Below, piece after piece: positions 26,653-39,169 of a stretch of DNA of 64,000 bases. The number at the start of each line of letters is the position of its first letter. Position 1 is the stretch's first letter. The DNA comes from Octopus vulgaris (taxonomy: Eukaryota): NCBI GenBank assembly GCA_951406725.2, contig OX597832.1:70680001-70744000 (forward strand), written 5' to 3'. The notes under the pieces are model-generated. The model saw only the letters and a list, made by a program, of their open reading frames with translations, was not told the DNA's origin and made no database searches. Position numbers and translations under genes: made by a program.

Positions 26653-27795
26653 ATTTTACAAACTTTCTCTTGTCTACTTCTATATCATCCCTCTGTACAT
26701 ATTCCGGTCGCCTACTTGAGATGAGAATCACCAAGGCATCCAACTACCACCTACTACGGAAGCACTATCGGCGACAAATCTGAAAGCGCTCCTACTTCCA
26801 CATCTGCTCATGTCTTGGCTCACTGAATTTCCAGCTTAAAGAGTATCGTATTTATTGTCTTTCCAAAACAAACCGCTTTCGAGGGAAGTCAGGGACTTTC
26901 CAAAGGTTATGTGATCATTGTTGTATGAAAGGGGTTTTGATATCATATTCAACCAGGAGGAGAATGATTGAAGGCGTCTCATGTTATGTGACATCGTGAT
27001 TTTGAGCTGAAGTAGTGTTCCCTAGTTTCCCATCAATTCAAGCTATGTTTATCTCTTTAAAGATAGTAAAGTCCCTTTATCTTGGTTTTAGCTGCTGGTA
27101 ATACGGGCTTTATAACTAACCTTTAAGTATCTTCAATTTGTAAGTTTTCCCACATTACCCGCACCATACCACTTGAAAACCATTTTAAGGAGATCATCGC
27201 AGATCTTTATACTCTTTATATCAACAGCTTACTTTATTTTATTAATTCTTCAAAACGTTTGTCTTTGAGATGAATCCGTTTCTTTCCGATTTTTCTATTG
27301 TTACACTTTTGTCTTTCCGTACAAACTCTTCAACTTCTCGGTTGTCTTTACAAACTGCAGTGACAACACAGACATTGAAATGTTGTTGCTGTTGTTGTTA
27401 TTGGGGTGGTGGTGGTGGTTGAAGTGGTGACGGTGGTGTATGTTGTAGTTTCGGAAGCTGCTACAGCTGCTGCTGTTGTTGACTTTTCGGTAAGAAAACT
27501 AAGTACAAAACAAGGTATTTATAAATACAGTAAATCAAAATGTCATTATTAAAACAATTTCTTAAATTGAATCTGTTTAACCATGTGTTCTGACTGTTGG
27601 TTGGTAGGGAAGGTTAGAATTAGGGTGAGAGGGTTGGTAATGAAGGTAGTAGTAGGAGGAGAGATGATGATTGGTGGCGGTGGTGGTGATCTCTGGTAAT
27701 GATGGAACTCAGGGTTAGTGAGGAATCTTGAAATTGAAAAACTAATTAAATCTGCAGTAAATTTACAAACTGGATTTTGATGATGATGTCGACGA

Positions 27796-27882
<87 letters not shown>

Positions 27883-27929
27883 TATTATTATTGTTGTTGT
27901 TGTTGTTATTCAGTAGTCTTATTTTTATC

Positions 27930-28335
27930 ACATGTTTTGGTTACACTACCGAGCGCAGCTCTGTGTGCGTTGGGTATGTGATGTGGTTTGTTGTGATGCT
28001 CTTAGTTTTTACTGTATAAAAAGTGCTACATGTAGGATGTGCTCGGTGCTATGTAATGCTATTTTCTGTATGTTATTTACATTCGTAAGTCCTGCTACTT
28101 TGGTTACGTATATGCTCTTTGTAGGCCATGATTTCCACAGCATTCCGAATGGAGCATTCTTGCCACATTGTCTTTTGTATTTGCAATGTGCCAAGTTCGG
28201 CATTCGTTAACGATGTGCCATACCGTTTCACCCCTCTCGCCACATATTCTGCATTTGTCGCTATCGGTAGTGTTGTCTATTCTACTTCATATAGTTGGTA
28301 CCTAACTCTTGTTCTTGAGCTGCGCATATGAGTGC
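27930..28335 (-). mobile_element. R4/Dong-like C-terminal fragment
   Basis: Minus-strand translation CAAQEQELGTNY...DSDKCRICGERGETVWHIVNEC, adjacent to (TAA)n. Confidence 0.7.
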
Positions 28336-28342
28336 TTCTCTC

Positions 28343-28421
<79 letters not shown>

Positions 28422-28467
28422 GTTCTTGTTATTGTTATTATTATTATTGTTGTCGTTGTTGTTATTG

Positions 28468-29005
28468 AGTGCATGCCTTCAAAGTGACACTGGGTTAAAA
28501 TATACGAAGCCCAGTATACTCATCATGATTACTCATTGGATAAGGGTACACCAGCACATCCATCACAACGATATGTGTGCGACAGTGCGACATGGAGATC
28601 TCATCATATCTTGATAAACAGCGCATGACCCTGCAGGTGGGACCTAGTTAGAATTTTGTTCATGCTGATCAGCCCATCACGCTCGAACGGTCCTTGAATA
28701 AAGGCTATTTAAAGATATTAAACGAAACACCCATGTTTCCAGAAGTGAATTATCCAAATTCCAAAGGATTCCCCTCAACACATGGCAGTCATGCTCTCCC
28801 ATTACTTCTGCTCGTGATCAGAGATGCACATATCGTCAGCCACTAAGGGACATGCTCAACTGGATAAGGTTAAGCAACTGACAAGCAAATCTGTGGTATT
28901 GAGCAGAATATTTACTGTGACCCAGACAAAACAATGTACATGATAACACTTCCAATAAGTTAAGATCAGAAGCCACGAGAGCCACCGCCTGGTTCTGCAT
29001 CAGGA
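28468..29005. repeat. Second copy of the ~500-bp (TTA)n-associated repeat
   Basis: Collinear with 14105-14565. Confidence 0.8.
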
Positions 29006-29289
29006 AATATCTTTGTTATTACCGTCATCATCTTCCTCATTGCTATTCTCATTATCGACGTTGTTATGATGATAATGATGATGATGACGTGATGGCTATG
29101 ATGATGCAGATGCTGAGACTTTTCCGCTCCACCCATATCCACCTGTTTACCTCGATGTCTACTTCCCATTCTTTGTTTTCTTATTGTTCTCAAGATTCGG
29201 TCTTCTAGTTTTCCGTATATCTCGACTTTCCTCCTTCCTTTCTCCTTTTCCATTTTCATTAATAGTAGCTCCTCCTCCTCCTCCTCAGC

Positions 29290-29342
<53 letters not shown>

Positions 29343-29364
29343 GCGACGACAACGACAAAGGCTG

Positions 29365-29447
<83 letters not shown>

Positions 29448-29789
29448 ACGTCGTGCGATACTAATATATACATAAATTCCCCTGTCTCCGATATCCAAAG
29501 AAGGAAAAAAATTCGTGTTTGAAAACATACCACAGCTACGTTGTTGATGCTCGTGAAAAACATAAGCAGGTTCTGTGAATGTGTGTGTGTGTTTGCCTGT
29601 TTGTGTTTGTTTGTGTGCTTGTGTCTGTGTGTATATATGTGTGTGTGTGTGTATGTGTGTGTATTTTATGTATACATATTTATGCTTGTGTATATATTGA
29701 TGTTGATATATAGATATATGCACACGCAATTACACATATTGAATATATATATATATATATATATACACATATTGAATATATATATATAA

Positions 29790-29993
29790 TGTGACCTCGT
29801 GTGTACCGTTGGCGATTCTTTCCTCTGTCTTCCCTTCTCTGGATCTTTCGTTCTCCTATGTTTCCGACGAAGAGCTCCGCTCGAAACGTTAAACCCTCCT
29901 TCTTTCCTTCTTTCCTGAGCGTCCAATAATACTATATTTGTTCCACGTCCTCGCGTTGTTGTGTTTTTTTGTGCTTTCTTGTTTGGATTAACT
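29790..29993 (+). repeat. ~200-bp dispersed repeat with minimal hammerhead motif, copy 1
   Basis: Reverse-complement copies at 33780-33987 and 43570-43710. Motif GTTT-CCGACGA-A-GAGCTCCGCTC-GAAAC-GTT-AAAC at 29860-29894. Confidence 0.8.
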
Positions 29994-30608
29994 ATATATA
30001 TATATATATATATATACATAAATATAGGGATGGTATTATTAAAATACCATCACAAGTGGTAAGCGAACTATCAGCCGTACAGGCAAATTGATAAAATATG
30101 TACATGCAATATTAGATATGTGCATATATACACAACGGTACTACATAAGTACTTATATCGCTAACGATAAAAGTCAAAAAATACTTCTGTACCACCGAAT
30201 AGTCACAAATCTATAACAGGCAAGATAGAAAAAAAAATCAGTGAACAATAATAATGTCTTACCTCAAATGGGTCAGAACAAGTAAATGCTGGTCAACCTG
30301 GTACCGGTTTCGAAATTTAGCGCCAAATAGGCGCGTGATTTCTCACCAGCCAAAGTCCGCCAGCTAAATAACTACAAACATATACATACATACATATATA
30401 GGAGTATTTAAGTAGGTGAATGAATTATCCTAGTATGGACAATTCGGTTAACCAATACCCGGGTAGCAAATTCACGTCAGAAAACACGGTTGAAGCTACA
30501 TGCCAGGGGCAGAAATCACGTGTTTTCGTGTGGAAATTTGTGTGTTTTTTTAACAATAAATAAGTGAAAGAATGGAGTCGAACGACGATTTTAACAAAAT
30601 TCCTTTAT

Positions 30609-30689
30609 TCTCGACATATGTTTCGAAGACTGCATATTCTTAATTTCGAAGGAATAAAGGGTGCATTATGCCGCCTTCTCATCAGGAAA
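30609..30689 (-). ncRNA. Type I hammerhead ribozyme (left arm)
   Basis: Mirror image of 30757-30837 with an intact CUGAUGA/GAAA/GUC core. Confidence 0.75.
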
Positions 30690-30756
30690 GACAAGGAACT
30701 TAGACAAGTCATCTAAAAGTTTTTGTTCGTCATGATGCTGACATAGGTTCCTTGTC

Positions 30757-30837
30757 TTTCCTGATGAGAAGGCGGCATAATGCACCCTATATTCCTTCGG
30801 AATTAAGAATATGCAGTCTTCGAAACATATGTCGAGA
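30757..30837 (+). ncRNA. Type I hammerhead ribozyme (right arm)
   Basis: TTTC-CTGATGA-GAAGGCGGCATA...TATGCAGTCTTC-GAAAC-ATAT-GTC-GAGA, with palindromic stem III ACATATGT. Confidence 0.75.
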
Positions 30838-30884
30838 ATAAAGGAATTTTGTTAAAATCGTCGTTCGACTCCATTCTTTCACTT

Positions 30885-30919
<35 letters not shown>

Positions 30920-32446
30920 CCGGAGTAAACACATAAATGTGAAACAAGGCGGAAAAAAGAGTACTCAAATACCAGTGGTAGAGTAATATACTTTATTTAA
31001 AGCAGCAGAAAATTCAACAAAACATGTTACTCTGAGTTTCACGTTGCCGTTCGTCGGACAGTTTTTGCTAGAATAGAACCGATATGTCAATATATATATC
31101 CAGATGAATGGAATATATTTACCTGACGAAGTACAGTAATTAAGCACCAAATTCATTCCTCCAGTTGGCATCGATTTATAATGTCAAAAAAGTTTCAATG
31201 TGCTCGTCTTAGTAAAATTATCTCATTTGGTTTTAAACATCCTTGGAGGGAGTTTCATCGTATTATCAATTGCTTGGACAATCTGAGGTAATCGAAACTC
31301 TTCAACTCACAATGTAACATTTACTGTTCGTGGTCCTGTTTCGTCTGAGTTCAAATTCAGCTGAGGTCAACTTTGCCTTTCATCCTTTCGGGGTCGATAA
31401 AGTAATTACCTGTTGCGAACTGGGATCAATCTAATCGACAGGACCCCACCAAAAAAAGTTCGGGCCTTATGCCTAGAGTAGAAAAGAATATATTGATCGT
31501 GGTCCTGTCAATTACATTTCGGCATACTGATCTTGTTAAAATTATCTCCCTTGCTTCCTGTTTCTAGGGTTTAAACATATTAGGAGGGAGTTTCATTGAA
31601 TTATCAATTGCGTGGATAATCTGAGGTGACTGAATCTATTCAACACACGTTTTAACGTATGTGTGTGTTGGTGTCGTTTGTGCATTTTATATAGAGAATG
31701 CCTCTCCACCGCCTCCGATATTATTTCGCCTTCGGCCATTTTGTTATCGTTACTATTCATAATCAATGTTGCCGACACATGTGGAACGCTTCTGTATTTG
31801 AAACCGTTGAATTGTGTGTGTGTGTCTGTATGTGTATGTGTGTTTGCGTATGTGCGTGTGCATGTGTGCGTGTGTGTATGTGTGTGTGTTTTGTTGATGT
31901 GTTTACGTGCCTCTGTGAGTGTATATGGACATGTGTGCGTATGTATATATGTGTATGCGTAAGTGCATTGTGTGTAGATTACGGAGAGCGTGTGTGTGTG
32001 TGTTTTGTAGATTTGATTATCTGGCATCCGCGCGTGTGTGTGTGTGAAGGGGAGGGCGTATTTGTGCGCAGGTAAGCGTGTGTTAATTCATGCATTCGCA
32101 TGTGTTTGTGTAAATACCTGTGTGTGTGTCTTTTCGCACAGATGTACGTGCTTATACCGACGTGTGTGATTGTGTTTAGGAGAATGCAGCTTTATGTTAA
32201 TGTGCGTGATTGTATAACCATAGGTAAGATTGTCGTTGTGTGTGTGCTCGTGTTGTTTACGTACATGTGTGTGTGTGGGGGGGGGGGGGGGGTTCGTGCG
32301 TGCGTTGAAAATATTTATCTTTCTGGATAAGGAATTAATTATTATTCCGATCAAATTTCTGCTTCCTTACATCACACAATTGTGGAGATATAAAATATTC
32401 GCGTAAACACACACACACATACACACACAGACACACACACACACAC

Positions 32447-32485
<39 letters not shown>

Positions 32486-33035
32486 TGCACGCACGCATTC
32501 GCACACACATGTATGCACATCTACATACGAACATGAATTTGTCACAGTTGACAGTTTGGACTCTGTTTTACTTAGGCGATAGTCATGGTGTAGATAAGAC
32601 AATATTCATCTCCTTGTAATGTAGTGGGATAATTTGCGTCCCCCCCTCTCTCTCTCTCTCTCTGCGTTAGTGTTTGTGGTAGAGTAATACTCCTTGGAAA
32701 ACCTATTAGTTTCACGACCACAATTATCTCTATGTGGCTGGTCGCTCGTCCAACAAGAAATAACCAGGTTATGTGAGATGAGCTCCCCTCTTAGAGACAA
32801 AACTTACCCCTTCGTTAAAGGTCCACTGGATCATAGATGACCTGGATCTGGACAAAATTAACACAATGTAGTGCGCACGTGCGTGTGTACTACTGTGTAT
32901 GTGTAAGTGTGAATATACTTATGTATATATCTGTATTTTATCACTCTCTCCTTCTCTCTCTCTCATTCTCTCTCTTTTTATGTATATATCTGTGTGTATA
33001 TGTGTTTGTGTGTATCTATTCATATCTATCTATGT

Positions 33036-33417
33036 ACTATCGGGTTTCTTTCGCCCCTTTAGAATTGGAATTTTCGAAAAAATAAAAATTTTGCATTATG
33101 TAGCTTGTTATTCTCTTTAAGTGAACATTTTTCTGGTTGAAATACACCGAAAAATGGCGATACAGTAGTCAAAAAATTGTAAAAAATAGGGATTTTCATA
33201 GAAAAAAAAGCACCTTTTTGATGTAAATAATTTTTGGTGTTAACATGGTCCGATTTGAATTTTTTCTTCTACGGAAGGAAGAGCAAGCCTTCTTCTATCA
33301 TACTCTCAACTTGCTCGCAGGGTCTCGGAGGAGATAGTGTTAGTTGAGGGCTACCAAACCTGCCATACTTCAGCTTTATACATACAGACAACTTCAGCTT
33401 TATACATATATATAGAT
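33036..33417 (-). mobile_element. Non-autonomous Helitron-like element
   Basis: Minus-strand 5' end TCTATATATGTATAAAGCTGAAGTTGTCTG resembles the 5' end at 35411. The 3' boundary is approximate. Confidence 0.5.
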
Positions 33418-33721
33418 AGATATATACACACACACTCACACATATGCCGCGATATAGCTAACATCGAGTCCCGTTTTGGTACGCGATATTAAACACAATT
33501 CACAAAAATGACGAAGCGTCGATGTCTTTCCCTTCTGAATGGGGTCATATGATAGCTATCTCGCCTGCCTATAGTTTCCAGCTGTTTTAAACACCAAGCG
33601 AATTGACGTATTCTCCTACGCCTATAATTACAGCTCGTCCACGAACTGTCAAAATATATATCTTGTATATGAGTGTTCGATATTGCTCATATATATATAT
33701 ATACGTATGTATGTATGTATA

Positions 33722-33752
<31 letters not shown>

Positions 33753-33882
33753 TTTATTTATTTATTTATTTATTTATAAAGTTAATCCAAACATGCAAAC
33801 ACAAAGAGAAAACACAACAACGCGAGGACGTGGAACAAGTATAGCGTTATTGGACGTTCAAGAAAGGAAAGAAAGAAGAAGG

Positions 33883-33917
33883 ATTTAACGTTTCGAGCGG
33901 AGCTCTTCGTCAGAAAC
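33883..33917 (-). ncRNA. Minimal hammerhead ribozyme motif (copy 2, canonical core)
   Basis: GTTT-CTGACGA-A-GAGC-TCC-GCTC-GAAAC-GTT-AAAT; stem III is reduced to palindromic ACGT. Confidence 0.65.
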
Positions 33918-34769
33918 ATAGGAAAAGGAAAGATCCAAGGAAGGGAAGGCGAAGGAAAAAAATCGCCAACGATACACACGCGGTCATATATATATCCCAA
34001 GCTTTATTTAATTTCCTTTGCGGGAAGGACTGTTACAATGAAGTCGCGCCTTGTCCTTGCCTTCCAAGGTGGACAACTGAAGAAGGGGAATATCCTTTAT
34101 GTTGTATGTTTCGTTTCTCAGTTTGTTTTTTTCGTTGTTCGAAACAAAGTTTGTTTCTATGTTTTTGTTTTCATGTTTTCGCTTCTCATTGTGTTCAAGG
34201 TTTCTTTATGTCCTGTACCAATATATGCATGTATATATACATACATCTGTAGGTATGTACATATATGTATGTATATATGCAAATATTTATATATCATTTA
34301 TAGTATTGTATATATATATATATCTCTTATTATAAAAGGCAGATTTTATCTGCCTCCCTTTGTCAGTTATAGAAATCTACAATATAGGATTTCTTCAATT
34401 ACAATTTACCTAGCATTTTTAAGAGTAGAGTGCATCGGGTCATGCCAGGTCCAGTTTTTAAAATTTAAACTCCAATTAAGCAAAATTTACAGAAAACTCA
34501 CATTCTGGTGTGTATGTCAAATGCTTTTCTTAATGTGGTTTACACCACACGCAAACGCACACACACACAAACGGAGCGAACTGTTTCACTGACGCTATCA
34601 CCCTTCTCCTCCTTTGTCTTTGCAAGTTTGCAGCTATTAAAGTGAAAACAGTGAATCCGACAGCGATAAAGAAAACGAATTAGCACCTGAATGGAGTGAA
34701 AATTTAAAAACTGTTTCTTTCGGTGATTTTTCTGAAGAAACTGCACCAAGCCACAGACTTTCCCAGAAG

Positions 34770-35302
34770 AGTAAAGCCTTAGACTATTTATTTTTACTTT
34801 TTCGAATGAGCCTATTTGAAATCATTACGGCAGAAACGAACCGTTACGCTAAACGTAAACAAAACGAAAGAAAGGATAGTTTGTTATTTCCCACAACCTT
34901 AAATGAAATTAAGGCCTATTTTGCCATAAATATTATTATGGGTATCAGAAAGTTACCCAGAATAACAAATTCTATCGTAAAATTTTGTTGTATACCCAAT
35001 TGAATATTAGCTAATAACCCATTTTCTATAGCGATGTTTGAACAAAATTTTAATAATTTTATATATTGTTGAATTTACCTGTATCTACCGGCAATTAGAG
35101 TCACTTTGTGACAAAAATTATAGTATAGAATTGGTTGAGGACATTTCATTAAATTATCTTCCAAAATTCACGTTAATATATTGATAAATAAAAAAGTTAT
35201 TGTTGTTTAATGAAACCAGACTAAATTTATGATTACGTTAGAAATTAATTGAAACACATAAGGGGTGTATTTTGGTCAGAAATATAGTAACGAAAGGGTT
35301 AA
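34770..35302 (+). mobile_element. piggyBac-like remnant
   Basis: LFEIITAETNRYA...PTTLNEIKAYFAINIIMGIRKLP resembles piggyBac transposase; the right end is AGGG|TTAA at 35295-35302. Confidence 0.75.
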
Positions 35303-35410
35303 GAAAAACCAAAAAATATTTTATTCTTTATAAATGTTGTATTCAAAATAACATTTTCTTTTAAGAATGTGTATATAACAAAGTATATGTATATAACTAC
35401 GTGACTTATA

Positions 35411-35806
35411 TCTTTATATATAAGAGTGAAGTTGTGTGTCTGTCTCCTACGATTTAGATTCCTAACTACTCCCACATTTTGCGATGCAGTTTAACCAAAA
35501 CCGGGTATCTTATAGTCGTGAGTCATATCGAGCCCTTCTGGGTATTAGCGCGCGTCTATGATGAGTCTACGATTTTAAAAAAATTACCATCATATTTTTC
35601 CATTTTAATGCATTTTTTTCGCTATTATATAAGGGAAGTAACTCTCTAAAAATATCTATGATGTGTCAACGATTTAAAAAGAAATTTACCTTAATTTTTT
35701 TCCATTTTTAATGCATTTTTTTCCTATTTTTTGGCTATAACTCTCTAAAAATGCTTATATAGTTATTTTCCTTACAAACCCGAGCAACGCCGGGCGATAC
35801 TGCTAG
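35411..35806 (+). mobile_element. Non-autonomous Helitron
   Basis: 5' a|TC, 3' CCCGAGCAACGCCGGG hairpin-like motif followed by CTAG|t. The same 3' end occurs at 63796 on the minus strand. Confidence 0.8.
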
Positions 35807-35825
35807 TATATATATATATATATAC

Positions 35826-35879
<54 letters not shown>

Positions 35880-35895
<16 letters not shown>

Positions 35896-36320
35896 AAACT
35901 GAGAATGTGTATGTCTGTCTGTCTGTGTGAATCCCTAAAACTTGACAACTACACAACCAATTTCATTCAAATTTTATACATGCCTTACTTAGGGACCATG
36001 TAGTGTCATGGGCAAAACATTTGTAACTTCTTCCCTGGGCGAGCCCACAGCAATATCATATCTTCTCCACTATTTCAGTATTACGTGTTAAAGTGAAAGA
36101 AAACATCTCTGTTGTAATGTCAGATACTTTCACTTTAATACTGAAACTATTAATTAAAGTGAAACTATTATATAACAGGGATGAACACCCATATATAACA
36201 GGGATGGACACCCATTCTGCTAGAAGAAGATCCGCTATGGTCTTATATGGTACACCACTGGTTTTAAATTCATACTAATCAAATTAATATTCAAGTTTTC
36301 ACCCTTATTATTTTACATTT
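35880..36320 (+). mobile_element. Probable 5' part of another non-autonomous Helitron-like element
   Basis: tataaaactgagaatgtgtatgtctgtctgtc...ccaatttcattcaaatttt resembles the organisation at about 9400 and 35411. Confidence 0.4.
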
Positions 36321-36339
36321 TAATTTACATGTATGTATG

Positions 36340-36433
<94 letters not shown>

Positions 36434-36628
36434 GATGTATACATATAGATGTATACATATAGATGTATATATATATAGATGTATATATATATATATATAT
36501 ATACATGTATATATATGGATGTATATGTATACATGTATATGTATACATTTGTGTGTAGATGTATATATATAGATGTACATGTAATATGTACACATATATA
36601 CACCCATACACACATACACACACATACA

Positions 36629-37000
36629 TAGGTGCAGGTGTGGCTGTGTGGTAACAAACTTGGTTCCAAAACACATGGTCCTCAGTTCAGTCCCACTGTG
36701 TGGTAACTTGGCATGTGTCCTCTGCTATAGCCTCAGACCTACCAGAGCCTTGGCAGTGGATTTTGTAGACAGAAACTGAAAGAAATCAATTGTATATATA
36801 TATGTATGTATATATATAAGTCTATGTGTGTGTTTCTCCCTCATTACAGCTTCACAACTGGTGTTCGCTTATTTACATCCCCATAACTTACTGGTTTCAC
36901 ACGAAGAAACTGATAGAATAAGTACCAGGCTTATCAAAATAAAAAAAAGCACTAGGCAGTGTCTCATAAATTTGTTTGCCCACTCAGTTGTATCTATCAA
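36629..37000 (+). mobile_element. Uninterrupted, diverged copy of the Tx1-targeted tRNA-SINE
   Basis: TAGGTGCAGGTGTGGCTGTGTGGTAACAAACTTGGTTCCAAAACACATGGTCCTCAGTTCAGTCCC has A and B boxes contiguous, and the target segment is mutated. Confidence 0.8.
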
Positions 37001-37035
37001 TTTATATTTGTATGTGTGTATGGGTGTGTGTGCGT

Positions 37036-37065
<30 letters not shown>

Positions 37066-37066
<1 letters not shown>

Positions 37067-37916
37067 GGACAGCTATATGCTAGAAGTAGATCACATGCGA
37101 TCAAAACTACCAAAAATACATGTTCTCCAGAGAAAATTCCACGAACACCAGAACATAGGCGGGCAAGACAGATGAAAATTATATAAAAATCAAGAATTAA
37201 TCGTATACCGATTTCGTCTATTACCGAATAAATTACTTACGTAATCCTTCGTCCGTTGATTCATCAATACGATCGTTCCAAAAACAATATAATTAGTAAA
37301 ACTAACCACCAGTTTTCTGCATAAAAACCAGACACGTGCTTAGTTCTACCGATTACATTGGGGTTAATTTCAAATGTCTGAGTTCTGGCGCGCTAAATTC
37401 CGGAAACAAATTCTGCAGCAAATAATGTACTGCAGTTAATGTTGCCTATTAGAGAATATAATTATTTTAACATTTAAATAATGAGGGAGGTAAATTGAAT
37501 ATCAATTTAAAACCAGTAGCCTAGCATATAAAAATCTGAAAACTCAGAGAAAATTCCAATACATGTGTATATTTAGGGCAAAAAAACCACCATCTGGACA
37601 GCCATATGCTAGAAGTAGATAATATACGATCAAAACTATAAAGAAAAAATGTTCTCCAGAGAAAATTCAACGAACACCAGAGCATAGGCGGGCAAGACAG
37701 ATGAAAATTATATAAAAATCAAGAATTAATCGTATACCGGTTTCGTCTATTACCGAATAAATTACTTACGTAATCCTTCGTCCGTAGATTCATCAGTACG
37801 ATCGTTCCAAAAACAATATGATTTGTAAAACTAACCACCAGTTTTCTGTATAAAAACCACTCACGTGCTTAGTTCTACCGATTACATTGGGATTACTTTC
37901 AAATGTCTGAGTTCTT
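37066..37916 (-). repeat. Direct repeat of ~320 bp (period ~530), Penelope-like pLTR pair
   Basis: 37066-37386 matches 37595-37916, and each copy holds a hammerhead motif. Confidence 0.85.
37729..37802 (-). ncRNA. Type I hammerhead ribozyme
   Basis: ATCGTA-CTGATGA-aTCTA...TAGAc-GAAAC-CG-GTA-TACGAT: 6-bp stem I and palindromic stem III ACCGGT. Confidence 0.72.
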
Positions 37917-38610
37917 ACTGCGATTAAAAATGTGCTCGAAATACATCTAGGCAAGACACTACGTGCCAGTTTGTTTAGCAGGCACATTGCATATAATAGC
38001 CTGCGATATTATATACAAATTTGACATAGATTACAAAGAAAAGGGATGAAATGTGACTGGTAACCATACAGAGAGCCATGGAAAGATCCCTGATTCGGTT
38101 GTTATTGCAGGAGAATATCCAAAACAAGAGCAGAGTCAGGTGAATACTGAAAGTCCAAGGCTCACTTGATTGAACATGGCACAAGGTTCACAGAAACAGG
38201 TGGAGCCGTGCAATTGTGGAATGATAACCGAGAGATTCGAAGAGATCATTCAGTCACACCGCCAAGACATTGGTAAGATGATCTACTCAAACACGGCAGA
38301 TCCAAATTGGGGAAAAGAGGCACAAACAGAGGAGAAATGGAAACGTATTTGGTGCATCGATTTATAAAGACATCTGATAAGATGCGTGCGCAGGTGTGTG
38401 CACGCGCGCGTCTGTGTGTGTATGTGTGTGTATATGTGTGTTTCTGAACTTGTGTGCGCAAATTAATTACTAAAAAGTTTCGATGAAAAATGTCATTATT
38501 CATTAGTGTGTGTATACACCCACACACGTTACGTATATGTATATGAGTGTGTGTTTGTGCGCGCATGTGTGCGTACGTACACACACAAACACTCTCAACC
38601 CCATAATAGT

Positions 38611-38672
<62 letters not shown>

Positions 38673-39169
38673 TGATTTATTGGGTTGAAAGCTATTAGAT
38701 GTTAACGTCCCATTTCCGTGAATCCACGCTTCATCTCCTGAATGTCGTAGCGGAACCAAAGAATAACAAATACTAGATCTTCAATTCACCTTCAACCATT
38801 ATTTCTTCCACTATAACTGCCGTCTGTCGAGGCGTATACTTAAATAAACTCGAAACTGAAAGCAACTAACTTTCAGCCCAATAAATTATTTATACTCTAT
38901 TTCATGTGTTGAGTGTACTTTCTCCCATTCATTATTACTAATATGAACGGGCAAGTACATCACTATTCATCCGTCTATAAAAATTTGTATCGTAATAAAT
39001 GCTCTGCAGTATTTCTTCCGGGATTCTATGTTTTAAGTTCAAATCCCGAAAAGGTTAACCTTATCTTTCGTAAAAGAAAAAATAAAGTAATGCTATACGC
39101 ACAACATATTAGACGGGAAAATATTCCTAACATCAGGCTATAACAAGTAACCTTAGATGCCAAGAGACT

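Larger units (their letters stand above)
30561..30885. repeat. Near-perfect inverted repeat (~139-bp arms), inverted Penelope-like pLTR pair
   Basis: 30561-30699 is the reverse complement of 30747-30885 with few mismatches, and each arm carries a hammerhead core. Confidence 0.92.
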
